Positions 16,151 through 25,741 of a stretch of 64,000 nt of DNA are shown piece by piece; positions within the stretch are counted from its first letter, which is position 1; every line of letters starts with the position of its first letter. The notes beneath the pieces are model-generated. The model was given only the letters and a program-made list of their open reading frames with translations, had not been told where the DNA came from and searched no databases. The position numbers and the translations under genes were made by a program. The DNA is from an uncultured Spirochaetaceae bacterium (GTDB lineage: Bacteria > Spirochaetota > Spirochaetia > DTKZ01), in contig CAYNKA010000004.1 of assembly GCA_964397655.1 (NCBI GenBank), forward strand, positions 249,413 to 313,412, in the 5' to 3' direction.

Positions 16151-18153
16151 TCCTTTCTCCGGCTCTTCTTCGCCCGCCCCTGCGCGGGCCTTTTCCGCCG
16201 AGGCTCCTCACGCCCGAGGTCCGCGAGCCATGCCGCGGCTTCCGCGTCGCTCGGCATGCGCCAGTCGCCGCGGGGCGAGAGGCTCACCGAGCCGACCTTC
16301 GGACCGTCGGGGACGCAGGATCGCTTGAACTGCTGGCCGAAGAACCTCTTGATGAAAACTCCGAGCCAGGACCGGATCGTCTTCTCGTCGTAGCTTCCCT
16401 CGAAGGCCCGCTTCGCGAGGAAGAGGATCTTCGACGGCGGGGCTCCGTAGCGGAAGAAGTGGTAGAGGAAGAAGTCGTGGAGCTCGTAGGGGCCCACGAT
16501 GTCCTCGGTCTTCTGCCGGATCTTCCCCGACGCGTCGGGCGGCAGGAGCTCCGGGGTGATGGGGGTGGCGAGGACGTCGCTGAGCACGTCCTTCGTCCTC
16601 GGTTCCGCCACGTGGTCGGCGACCCATTGGACGAGGTACTTCACCAGGGTCTTGGGGACGCTCGAGTTCACCGCGTACATGGACATGTGGTCTCCGTTGT
16701 ACGTGCACCAGCCGAGGGCGAGCTCGGACAGGTCGCCGGTCCCCACGACGAGCCCGCCGTTCTTGTTCGCGATGTCCATGAGGATCTGTGTCCGTTCCCT
16801 GGCCTGCACGTTCTCGTAGGTCACGTCGTGGACCGAGGGGTCGTGTCCGATGTCCTCGAAGTGGCGGAGGCAGGCCTGCCTGATGTCGACCTCCCGGCAG
16901 GAAACCCCCATGGAGCGCATGAGATCGAGGGCGTTCGTGTACGTCCTGTCCGTGGTGCCGAAGCCGGGCATCGTGGCCGCGATGATGTTCTTCCGGTCCA
17001 TTCCGAGGAGGTCGAAGGTCTTCACCGTGACGAGGAGGGCAAGCGTGGAATCGAGGCCACCGGAGATGCCGAGGACGGCGCAGGCGCACTTCGTGTGCTC
17101 GAGTCTCTTGGCGAGGCCCGCGGTCTGGATCGAGAAAATCTCCTCGCAGCGCTCGTCCCTGACCTTGGGGTCCGCGGGCACGAAGGGCCGGGGATCGACT
17201 CGTCGGGAGAAATTCGTGAACGGCTTGGGCGGGAGCCTGAATTCGGAGTACCTGTAAACGGGGACGCCGTACGGCGAGGATCTCGTTTCCATGAACGAGG
17301 TGAGCCGTCGGCGCTCGTTCGCGAGGCGGTCCAGGTCGACCTCGACCGAACGCATTTCGAACGAGCGGGAGAACCTCTTCGATTCGGCGAGGAGGACGCC
17401 GTTTTCCGCGATGAGCACGTGGCCGCCGAAGACGAGGTCGGTCGTCGACTCGTCCGGGCCGGCGCCTGCGTAGACGTAGGCTGCGGCGCAGCGGCCGGAC
17501 TGCATTCGGACGAGATCGCTCCTGTAGGCGTGCTTGGCGATCACCTCGTTGCTCGCCGAGGGGTTGCAGATCACGAGGGCGCCCGCCGCGGCCTGGAAGG
17601 AACTCGGCGGCGCAGGGACCCAGAGGTCCTCGCAGATTTCGACGCCGAAGCAGACTCCCGGGTCTTCGGAGGCGCGGAAGAGGAGATCGGTTCCGAACGG
17701 GGCCTCCCGTCCGGCGAGCCGGACCGTGCCGCATTCCGCCGATGCGCCGGAGGCGAACCACCGTTCCTCGTAGAACTCCTGATACCCCGGCACGTAGGTC
17801 TTGGGGACCAGACCGAGAAGCGAGCCGGACTGAACTACCGCCGCGCAGTTGAAGAGCTGGTTGTCCGCCGCGACCGGGATTCCGACGACCGCGACGAGCC
17901 CGAACCCGACGCTCGCGCGGAGGATCTTCTCGAGGGCGCTCTCGGCGCTTCGGAGAAGAGCCTCCTGGTGGAACAGGTCGCCGCAGGTGTAGCCCGTGAC
18001 GCAGAGTTCGGGCAGGACGAGAAGCCGGGCGCCGTCCTTTTCCGCGGCGGCCATCGCTTCCAGGATGCGGTCCGAATTGAAGCCGGGATCGGCGACTTTC
18101 AGGCGAGGGACCGCCCCCGCGATCTTGAAGAATCCGTAGGGTAGAGTGCTCAT
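16147..18153 (-). CDS. nadE: Glutamine-dependent NAD+ synthetase
   Basis: Nitrilase domain (PELCVTGY, EICEDLW) followed by the synthetase domain (GISGGLDSTL, ENVQARERT, GTGDLSE). Confidence 0.96.
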   Translation of the reverse strand: MSTLPYGFFKIAGAVPRLKVADPGFNSDRILEAMAAAEKDGARLLVLPELCVTGYTCGDLFHQEALLRSAESALEKILRASVGFGLVAVVGIPVAADNQLFNCAAVVQSGSLLGLVPKTYVPGYQEFYEERWFASGASAECGTVRLAGREAPFGTDLLFRASEDPGVCFGVEICEDLWVPAPPSSFQAAAGALVICNPSASNEVIAKHAYRSDLVRMQSGRCAAAYVYAGAGPDESTTDLVFGGHVLIAENGVLLAESKRFSRSFEMRSVEVDLDRLANERRRLTSFMETRSSPYGVPVYRYSEFRLPPKPFTNFSRRVDPRPFVPADPKVRDERCEEIFSIQTAGLAKRLEHTKCACAVLGISGGLDSTLALLVTVKTFDLLGMDRKNIIAATMPGFGTTDRTYTNALDLMRSMGVSCREVDIRQACLRHFEDIGHDPSVHDVTYENVQARERTQILMDIANKNGGLVVGTGDLSELALGWCTYNGDHMSMYAVNSSVPKTLVKYLVQWVADHVAEPRTKDVLSDVLATPITPELLPPDASGKIRQKTEDIVGPYELHDFFLYHFFRYGAPPSKILFLAKRAFEGSYDEKTIRSWLGVFIKRFFGQQFKRSCVPDGPKVGSVSLSPRGDWRMPSDAEAAAWLADLGREEPRRKRPAQGRAKKSRRKD

Positions 18154-18275
18154 GGCTCCAGTATAAAGGAATTCGCGAACCTTCGGGTAGCGGGACGGGG
18201 AAGGGACGGGGAAGGTCCGGCCGAAAGTGAATGTTGCGGGTTACATTACGGTCGGAGAGGGCTATAATACGGCTT

Positions 18276-19688
18276 ATGAAGCTCGAAACTTTGTTGGAAG
18301 GCCTGCCGCCCGCCCGGCGCATCGAGGATTGCCGGAGGATTTTCCGTTCCGGCCTCGAGCGGACGGGAAGCAGACTCGTCGTGGTGGACGACGATCCCAC
18401 GGGGACGCAGACGGTCCACGGCGTCCGCGTCTACATGGACTGGTCCCTCGAGACCCTGACGAAGGCCCTTTCCGCGCCGGAACCGGTTTTTTACGTTTCC
18501 ACGAATTCCCGCGGTCTTGCCGACGCCGAGATGTACGAGATGACGAAGGAACTCGGTAGGAATCTCCGTGCGGCCCAGGCGAAGACCGGGACGAAACTGC
18601 TCTTTTCGTCACGGAGCGACAGCACCCTCCGGGGCCATTTCCCGCGCGAAATCGGCGCCCTCCTCGAGGGGTACGGGCGCGGAGTCGACGGCGTCATCCT
18701 GGCCCCGGCCTTCTTCGAGGTCGGGCGCTACACGATCGGCGACGTCCATTGGGTGGATCAGGGCGGCGAGCTCGTCCCCGCGTGCGAGACGGAGTTCGCG
18801 AAGGACCCGGCCTTCGGATACGCGAGCCGTGACATGAGGAGCTGGGTGGAGGAGAAAACCCGCGGCGCCTGGAAGGCCGAGCAGGTGCTTTCCCTTTCCC
18901 TCGAGGCGGTCCGCGATCCCTCCGGCAAGGCCGCGCTCGACCTCCTCGAGAAGGCGCGGGGCGGCGTTCCCATCGTCCTGAACGCCGCCTGCTACGAGGA
19001 CATCGAGGCCGCGGTCGCCGCGATCGTCGAGGCCGAGCGGCTGGGGAAGACCTTCGCCTACCGGTCGGCCGCGTGCTTCGTGAAGGTGAGGGGCGGCTTC
19101 GAGGACGTGCCTCTGCTCGGGCCGGCGGATGCTGCCGCGGTCGGAGGGGGGAAGGGACCGGGTTTCGTGGCCGTCGGATCCTATGTCGGCAAGACGACGC
19201 GGCAGCTGGAGAAGCTCCTCGCTTCCGGCCGGGCCGAGGCGATAGAACTTCGAGTCGGCGAAATCGGCGATCCCGGCCGGAGGGAGTCCGAGAAGGCCCG
19301 CGTCGTTCGTCTCGCGGACGAGGCGCTGAGCTCGGGAAGGACCGCGGTTCTCCACACTTCAAGGGAGGTGAGGAAGGCAGAGGGCGAGGACTTCCTCGCC
19401 TTCGGGAACCTCGTCATGAAGACGCTGTGTGAGGCGGTGAGGACGGTCCGCGTCAGGCCCGCCTTTCTCGTCGCGAAGGGCGGCATCACCGGGATCGAGA
19501 TCGCGAAGACCGGACTGAACGTAAAAGAAGCCTTCGTCGAGGGGCAGATCGCGAAGGGAGTTCCGCTCTGGCGGCTCGGTCCGGAGTCCAAGTGGCCGGG
19601 CTTGGCCTATGTGGTGTTTCCCGGCAACGTAGGTACCGACGAAACCCTTAGGGAAGCCGTCGATTTTTTCGGAACTGCTGAAGGATGA
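18276..19688 (+). CDS. Four-carbon acid sugar kinase family protein (DUF1537, OtnK/DtnK-like)
   Basis: VVDDDPTG, RSDSTLRGH, PAF...GR.T, AKGG.T and VFPGNVG motifs. Confidence 0.85.
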   Translation: MKLETLLEGLPPARRIEDCRRIFRSGLERTGSRLVVVDDDPTGTQTVHGVRVYMDWSLETLTKALSAPEPVFYVSTNSRGLADAEMYEMTKELGRNLRAAQAKTGTKLLFSSRSDSTLRGHFPREIGALLEGYGRGVDGVILAPAFFEVGRYTIGDVHWVDQGGELVPACETEFAKDPAFGYASRDMRSWVEEKTRGAWKAEQVLSLSLEAVRDPSGKAALDLLEKARGGVPIVLNAACYEDIEAAVAAIVEAERLGKTFAYRSAACFVKVRGGFEDVPLLGPADAAAVGGGKGPGFVAVGSYVGKTTRQLEKLLASGRAEAIELRVGEIGDPGRRESEKARVVRLADEALSSGRTAVLHTSREVRKAEGEDFLAFGNLVMKTLCEAVRTVRVRPAFLVAKGGITGIEIAKTGLNVKEAFVEGQIAKGVPLWRLGPESKWPGLAYVVFPGNVGTDETLREAVDFFGTAEG

Positions 19689-19701
19689 TGAGGAGGAGCG
19701 C

Positions 19702-20586
19702 ATGAAGAAGATCGGATTCGTCGGGCTCGGCGTCATGGGGCTCCCCATGGCCTCGAACCTATCCGTGAAGTTTCCCGGCGTCAAAGTTTTCGACGCCGAC
19801 TCCGGACGGATGAAGCTCGCCCCGGCGGGTAAAACGATTCCGGCCTCGGGGCTCCGGGAAATCGGGGAAACCTGCGACCTCGTCTTTCTCTCCCTTCCGG
19901 CGACTGCCGTCGTGCGCGAGGTCGTCTTGGGCAAGGGAGGCCTCGCGGAGAGGATGAAATCCGGGAGCGTCGTCGTCGACACGAGCACGACCGAAGCGTC
20001 GGCCGTCCTCGACATCGCGGCAAGGCTCGGGGACAAGGGCATCGCCTTCCTCGACGCGCCGGTGAGCGGGGGCGAAAAGGCCGCGGTCGAGGGGACCCTC
20101 TCGTTCATGGTCGGCGGCGATGAGGAGGTCTTCGCGGCCTGTATGGAGTGCTTCCGCGCGATGGGGGCCTCGGTCGTTCGGGTCGGAGGTTCCTCGATGG
20201 GGCAGGCCGCCAAGTGCGTCAACCAGATGATCGTCGGCGCGACCTTCGCGGTCGTCGCGGAGTCCTTCGCCCTCGGCGCGAAGGCCGGCCTCGATCCCGA
20301 GACGCTCTACGAGGCCATCAAGGGCGGGTGGGCGGGTTCCAAGGTCCTGGACGTCGCGGCGAAGGACATGTTTTCGCGCGAATTCAAGCCCGGCGGCACG
20401 GTGAACATACATTGGAAGGACCTGGGCTACGCGCTCTCCCTGGCGAAGGACGCGGACGCGCCGACGCCTGTCACCGCCATCGTCCACGAGGTGTTCAAGG
20501 CCGCGCGAGCCGCGGGGGACGGAAAACTTTCACAGCCCGCGGTCGTCATGCTTTGGGAGAGACTTCTCGGCCTCGAAGTGAAGTAG
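19702..20586 (+). CDS. NAD(P)-dependent beta-hydroxyacid dehydrogenase (3-hydroxyisobutyrate DH / GarR / LtnD family)
   Basis: IGFVGLGVMG, DAPVSGG, GQAAKCVNQ and KDLGYAL motifs. Confidence 0.9.
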   Translation: MKKIGFVGLGVMGLPMASNLSVKFPGVKVFDADSGRMKLAPAGKTIPASGLREIGETCDLVFLSLPATAVVREVVLGKGGLAERMKSGSVVVDTSTTEASAVLDIAARLGDKGIAFLDAPVSGGEKAAVEGTLSFMVGGDEEVFAACMECFRAMGASVVRVGGSSMGQAAKCVNQMIVGATFAVVAESFALGAKAGLDPETLYEAIKGGWAGSKVLDVAAKDMFSREFKPGGTVNIHWKDLGYALSLAKDADAPTPVTAIVHEVFKAARAAGDGKLSQPAVVMLWERLLGLEVK

Positions 20587-20623
20587 GCAGGCACGATGCG
20601 GACGGGCGGCGGCCCGCCGAGCC

Positions 20624-22063
20624 TCATGCCGAGGCGAGCGATTTCGCGAGACCGCCGAGCTTGCGGACCGCCTCGTCCGTCTTCTCGGACCAGTAGGCCG
20701 CGTTGAGCCGGATGAAATTCCGGTACTTGTCGCCTGCGGAAAAAAGGTAGCCGGGGACGAGGGTGATTCCCTGCCCGAGCGCCTTGTGGTAGAGGACGAG
20801 GGAATCGACCTCTTCCGGCAGACGGACCCAGAGGACGAAGCCTCCCTGGGGCGACGAAACCCTGCTTCCTTCGGGGAAACTTCGAAGGACGGTCTGCGCC
20901 ATCCTCGATGTTTTTTCAGCGTACGCCCGCCGGATCTTCCTGAGATGACGGGCGTATCCTCCGTTCTCCAGGAACTCCGCGATCGCGAGCTGGGCGAGGA
21001 TGGGCGTGCACACGTTCGTCGCCATCTTGAGCTTCTCCACGTCCTGAAAACGTCTTCCCGGCACCACCCAGCCGATGCGGTAGCTCGGCGAAAGGTCCTT
21101 CGAGAATGACGAGCAGAGGAGAACTCCGCCGCTTCGGTCGAAGGCCTTGGCCGTCGACGGTCTCGGCTCGGAAAAGCCCAGCTCGCCGTGGATGTCGTCC
21201 TCGATGAGCGGAATCCCCTTGGAGGCGAGGAATTCGGCGAGCTGCTCCTTGTTTTCGTCCGGCATGAGGCTTCCGAGCGGATTGCTGAAATTCGTCATGA
21301 CGAAACATGCGCTTATCCTCCGGTGCTCCGCGGCGAAGCGGAGCGCGTCCAGGCTGAGTCCGGTCACGGGATGGGTGGGGATCTCGAGGGCCTTGAGCCC
21401 CTGGGACTCGAGGGCATGGAGGACCCCGAAGTAGCTCGGGGCCTCGACCGCCACGGTATCACCCGGGCTGCACACCGCCCGGAGCGAAAGGCTGACCGCT
21501 TCGAGGCAGCCGGCGGTGATGATGATCTCATCCGGGGATACCCTGGTCCCGGAGGAAACGAGATGTTTCGCTATTTGGAGCCGGAGTTCCTCGCAACCGA
21601 CGGGACTACCGCAGACGTTCTGCCTGTAATCGTTGCGCTTGGCGAGTCCCGCGAGAATTCGTCCCAGTTTGGCGGTCGGAAGGAGGTCGGGATTGGGAAG
21701 GGCGGCTCCGAACTGGACCAGGGCCGGATCGAGGGCGTCCTTGTGGACCTGCATGACCATGCTCTGGACCGTGACGGGCGAAGGATCCTGGGCCGAAGCC
21801 TCTTCCGGCTCCGGCAGTCCTCCGGAACTTTTCGCCGCGATGTAGTAGCCGGACTGCGGCCTCACCTCGATGAGGCCCCGGTCTTCCAGAAGCCGATAGG
21901 CCTCGAGGACCGTCGTCACGCTCACCTTTTTCAGGCGGCTCGTTTCCCTGACCGAAGGTATCCGGTCGCCGGTATGAAAGGTCCCGTTTTCCGCCATCTC
22001 CGCGATTTCCCGTGCGATCCGCTCGTAAAGAAAGGCTTTTCCGTCGCCCGTTTTATCCATCAT
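20624..22063 (-). CDS. MocR/GabR-type regulator (GntR wHTH plus PLP aminotransferase-like domain)
   Basis: GDRIPSVRE...VS..TV..AY HTH. IEDDIHGEL and SSFSKDLSP..RIGW, with the PLP Lys intact. AGGAGG 8 nt before the ATG. Confidence 0.92.
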   Translation of the reverse strand: MMDKTGDGKAFLYERIAREIAEMAENGTFHTGDRIPSVRETSRLKKVSVTTVLEAYRLLEDRGLIEVRPQSGYYIAAKSSGGLPEPEEASAQDPSPVTVQSMVMQVHKDALDPALVQFGAALPNPDLLPTAKLGRILAGLAKRNDYRQNVCGSPVGCEELRLQIAKHLVSSGTRVSPDEIIITAGCLEAVSLSLRAVCSPGDTVAVEAPSYFGVLHALESQGLKALEIPTHPVTGLSLDALRFAAEHRRISACFVMTNFSNPLGSLMPDENKEQLAEFLASKGIPLIEDDIHGELGFSEPRPSTAKAFDRSGGVLLCSSFSKDLSPSYRIGWVVPGRRFQDVEKLKMATNVCTPILAQLAIAEFLENGGYARHLRKIRRAYAEKTSRMAQTVLRSFPEGSRVSSPQGGFVLWVRLPEEVDSLVLYHKALGQGITLVPGYLFSAGDKYRNFIRLNAAYWSEKTDEAVRKLGGLAKSLASA

Positions 22064-22088
22064 GACTTGGGCCTCCTGAAATACCATT

Positions 22089-22143
22089 ACAGTTGTAAAA
22101 AAACCGAACTGTTATGGATACAATTCAATATTACTGAATCTGT
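22089..22143. promoter_or_regulatory. Putative MocR operator repeats in the divergent intergenic region
   Basis: ACAGTT (22089-22094), AACTGT-N7-ACAATT (22107-22125) and ATCTGT (22138-22143). Confidence 0.5.
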
Positions 22144-22175
22144 TTACTTTTTTTGGAGTTTAGTATGTTTTTCCC

Positions 22176-22484
22176 ATGAAAGCAACCTATCAAACCGAAG
22201 GATTCTCCCTGGTCGGAGTCGACTCACGAAAAGGGGCCGAAGCCGTCTCCACGACGAAAGTGATCGCCGATCATTCCGCCTTCAGCTTGAAGGTGGGATC
22301 CGGCGGCGTGAAAATCTCCTGTATGGAGGGCTTCGTCTGGATAACGCAGGAGAACGACCGGAAGGATTACTTCCTGGAGCGGGGCGGAAGGTTCGCGGCC
22401 GACCGACCCGGCACCCTCGTGGTCCAGTCCATGGCGTATCGCGTCGGCTCGCGGGGCGAGTCGAAAATCGCCATCGAGGCCTAG
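22176..22484 (+). CDS. DUF2917-like small cupin-type protein
   Basis: ISCMEGFVWITQENDRKDYFLERG motif, divergent from the MocR gene. Confidence 0.75.
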   Translation: MKATYQTEGFSLVGVDSRKGAEAVSTTKVIADHSAFSLKVGSGGVKISCMEGFVWITQENDRKDYFLERGGRFAADRPGTLVVQSMAYRVGSRGESKIAIEA

Positions 22485-22545
22485 CCTCGCGGGTCGCGGC
22501 CGGAGCTTGACCATCCCTCGGGAACGGCTCTACCATTCTCCCTGC

Positions 22546-23502
22546 ATGGCGGCGGACCGTTACATCCTCGAAGAGTACAAAGCGCGCATCAACCGCGTGG
22601 TGGATTTCATCGAACGGAACCTCGGTCGGGACCTTTCGCTCGAGGACCTCGCCGGAATCGCAAATTTTTCGAAGTTTCATTTTCACCGCATCTTCTGCTC
22701 CATGGTCGGCGAGACGCTCTTCCGGTTCGTCATGCGTCTCCGCGTGGAGAAGGCCGCATCCTTCCTCGCGGCGAATCCCAAGATGCCCCTGACCGAGATC
22801 GCCTCGGAATGCGGATTCGCGGACTCGGCGCATTTCTCGCGGAGTTTCAAGTCGTACTTCGGCATGACGCCCAAGGCCTATCGCGAGCGTTCGGCGGGGG
22901 AAAGCAATCCGGTTCAAACGGAGCGCAAATTCAATCAAACGTTCGGCAACGGGGGAAAATCCTTTTCGTCGGCTCTGCCCTACAATCGGAACGATACGAA
23001 AACCGATTCAGGGAGGAACCATATGGAAGGAAAGGTCGAGGTCAGGGATTACCCGGAAACGAACGTGGCGTACGTGAGGTACATCGGCCCGTACAAGGGG
23101 AACGCGAAGCTGTTCGAAAAGCTGTTCGAAAAGCTCTACGCTTGGGCGGGTCCGCGCGGGCTCGTCGGTCCGGAGGCGAAGAACATCATCGTCTATCACG
23201 ACAATCCGGACATCACCCCGGAGGACAAGCTCAGGGTGAGCGTCTGTCTCACGGTACCGAAGGACGCGAAGTCGGAGGGAGAGGTCGGGCGGATGTCGAT
23301 CCCGAAGGGAAAGTACGCCTTCGCCCGGTTCGAACTCGGGACGAAGGACTATGCTGCGGCATGGAATTGGGTCTACGGGACCTGGCTTCCCTCGAGCGGC
23401 TGGCAGTGCGACGACCGGCCCTGCTTCGAGCTCTACCACGAAACGATCGAGGGTACCGATCGAATGATCGTGGACATCGTCGTGCCGGTCAAGCCTCTCT
23501 AG
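22546..23502 (+). CDS. AraC-family regulator with C-terminal GyrI-like effector domain
   Basis: LSLEDLA..ANFSKFHFHRIF and IA.ECGF.DSAHFSRSFK, followed by VAYVRYIGPY, YHDNPDIT and AWNWVYG.WLP.SG. Confidence 0.92.
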   Translation: MAADRYILEEYKARINRVVDFIERNLGRDLSLEDLAGIANFSKFHFHRIFCSMVGETLFRFVMRLRVEKAASFLAANPKMPLTEIASECGFADSAHFSRSFKSYFGMTPKAYRERSAGESNPVQTERKFNQTFGNGGKSFSSALPYNRNDTKTDSGRNHMEGKVEVRDYPETNVAYVRYIGPYKGNAKLFEKLFEKLYAWAGPRGLVGPEAKNIIVYHDNPDITPEDKLRVSVCLTVPKDAKSEGEVGRMSIPKGKYAFARFELGTKDYAAAWNWVYGTWLPSSGWQCDDRPCFELYHETIEGTDRMIVDIVVPVKPL

Positions 23503-23568
23503 CCGTCGGGATATTCTCAAACCGCCCTCCGGATGCTACCATTTCGAACGGAACTGAAGGAGGGCGTT

Positions 23569-25674
23569 ATGAAGAAAGGACTGCTCCGCGTTCTCGTTTC
23601 GGCGGCGATCGTCGCAGTTCTCTCCCCGGCACCGCTCTTCGGGGGGGAAGGAAAGGTCGCGCTCGTTCTGGGGAACGGTTCATATACGAAGATACAACCG
23701 CTCGCGAATCCCGTGAACGACGCTGCGGACATGGCCGCGGCGCTCGGACGCATGGGATTCACGGTTCTTTCCGCCACCGACGCCGACCGAAGGACCATGC
23801 GGACGCGGATCGACGAATTCAGCCGGGCGATCCGGGGCGCGTCGATCGCGCTTTTCTATTACTCGGGGCACGGCGTTCAGCTCGACGGCGAGAACTATCT
23901 CGTCCCGGTCCACGCCGAGGTGTCCGTGCCCGGCGACGTTCCGGACGAATGCGTTCCGCTCTCGCGGATCACGGCGAGGATGGAGGAGGCCAGGGCCGGG
24001 ACGAACGTGATCATCCTGGACGCCTGCAGGGACAATCCGTTCAGGGCGGTGACGCGGGGCATCGAGCGGGGGCTCGCCGTGATCGGCCGGAAGCCGCCCG
24101 AAAGCATCATCGTCTATGCGACCGCCGAGAACGAAAAGGCCGAGGACGGAAGCGGCAGGAACGGGGTCTTCACCGCCGCGCTGCTCAGGCACATCGAGCG
24201 GAAAGAGGCGTTCACGGACATTCTGCTCGACGTCAAGGCGGAGGTGAGGGCCGCCACCTCGGACAAGCAGAAACCCGCGAACTACGACAACCTGACCCGG
24301 AAGGTCCATCTTTTCGGATCGGACGCCGCGGCGAAGCCGGTTCCGCGTCCTGCTTCGGAGCCGAGCGGCGCCGATGCGGTTCGGGCGGCGGAGGAACTGC
24401 GCCGCGGGATCGCCCTGTACTACGGCCGCGGGGTGAAGGAGGACCGGGAGGAAGCGAAGCGACGGATCGAGACCGCCGCGAACCTCGGGTCGGCCCGGGC
24501 CCAGTTCCAGCTGGCCTCCATGCATCTTTTCCAAAGATCGTATGCGCGTACCGGAGCGGGCGACATCGGGAGCCTCGATGAGGCGGTGAAGTGGCTGAGA
24601 ATCGCAGCTGAAGCAGGTTTCCCGCAGGCCCAGCTGTATCTCGGCGGGTTATACAGGGACGGCGCCGGCGGTCTCGCGAAGAGCGAGGCCGAGGCGAAGA
24701 AGTGGTTCGATCGGGCAACCGCACAGCTTCCCGCGATGCTGCGCGACGCGAAGGAAGGCGACGTCGAGACGCTTCGGACGCTGTCCATCCTCTACAGCAT
24801 GGGCTTCGGCGTGCAGAAGGACGAAAGCGAGGCGAGGAAGTGGTTTCGCAGGCTCCTCGAAGTCTCCCGGTCGGACGCCGAAGGAGGAAGTCTCTCCGCC
24901 CAGATGTTTCTCGCCGAACAGGCGCTCTACGGCGAAGATGGTCTCGAACCTAATGAAGCCGAGGCCGCGAAGTGGTATCGAAGGGCCGCGGACCAGGGAA
25001 GCCTGGAGGCGATGTTCATGCTCGGCGGAATGTGCCTTGAAGGCCGGGGCATCGCGAAGGATTCGGCGGAGGCATTGAGACTCCTGCGAAAAGCCGCCGA
25101 GGGAGGCCACGAAGGGGCCCGGTGCAGACTCGGCATGCTGTACATCTCCGGGAACGTCGTGAAGAAGGACGTGGAGGAGGGCCTGCGGTGGTACGTGAAG
25201 GCGGCGGAGAAAGGCAGCATCCAGGCCATGCTCGACCTCGGGGATCTCTATTCGGCGGGATCCGGAGTTCCGAAGAATCCGGCCGAAGCCGCGAACTGGT
25301 ATCGCAAGGCGGCCGAACTCGGGAACACCTACGCCCAGTACAATCTCGGCCGGATCTTCGAGGACGGAGCCGGCGTCGGGCAGAATTACACGGAAGCCGC
25401 GAAATGGTACGGCCGGGCCGCGGAGCAGGGACACGCGGAGGCCCAGAACTGCCTCGCCGGTCTTTACGAGGAGGGCCTTGGCGTCATCCAGGATTTCGTC
25501 CTCGCCCACATGTGGTACAACCTCGAGACGATGTTCCGCTACGACGAGGACGGCAGGGCCGAGGCTGCCTCGAAGCGCGACGCGGTGGCGAAGAGAATGA
25601 CGCCGGGGCAGATCGCGGAAGCCCAGAAGCTCGCTCGTGAGTGGATGGAAAACCATCCCGGCCTCAAGCCCTGA
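23569..25674 (+). CDS. Exported caspase-family (peptidase C14) protein with Sel1-like repeats
   Basis: Signal peptide, ALVLGN..Y, L.NPVNDA, FYYSGHG and ILDACR (His/Cys dyad intact), then about nine AxxWYxKAAEQG..AQ..LG..Y repeats. Confidence 0.9.
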   Translation: MKKGLLRVLVSAAIVAVLSPAPLFGGEGKVALVLGNGSYTKIQPLANPVNDAADMAAALGRMGFTVLSATDADRRTMRTRIDEFSRAIRGASIALFYYSGHGVQLDGENYLVPVHAEVSVPGDVPDECVPLSRITARMEEARAGTNVIILDACRDNPFRAVTRGIERGLAVIGRKPPESIIVYATAENEKAEDGSGRNGVFTAALLRHIERKEAFTDILLDVKAEVRAATSDKQKPANYDNLTRKVHLFGSDAAAKPVPRPASEPSGADAVRAAEELRRGIALYYGRGVKEDREEAKRRIETAANLGSARAQFQLASMHLFQRSYARTGAGDIGSLDEAVKWLRIAAEAGFPQAQLYLGGLYRDGAGGLAKSEAEAKKWFDRATAQLPAMLRDAKEGDVETLRTLSILYSMGFGVQKDESEARKWFRRLLEVSRSDAEGGSLSAQMFLAEQALYGEDGLEPNEAEAAKWYRRAADQGSLEAMFMLGGMCLEGRGIAKDSAEALRLLRKAAEGGHEGARCRLGMLYISGNVVKKDVEEGLRWYVKAAEKGSIQAMLDLGDLYSAGSGVPKNPAEAANWYRKAAELGNTYAQYNLGRIFEDGAGVGQNYTEAAKWYGRAAEQGHAEAQNCLAGLYEEGLGVIQDFVLAHMWYNLETMFRYDEDGRAEAASKRDAVAKRMTPGQIAEAQKLAREWMENHPGLKP

Positions 25675-25741
25675 ATACGGGCGTCTCGTCCTTCGGGGAA
25701 GGACCCTCCGGCACGACCCGTCTCCGCAGGCTGCGGCGGAT

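Noticed and set aside
24400-25540. Periodic repeats in the first caspase gene
   Set aside because: Explained by Sel1-like protein repeats.
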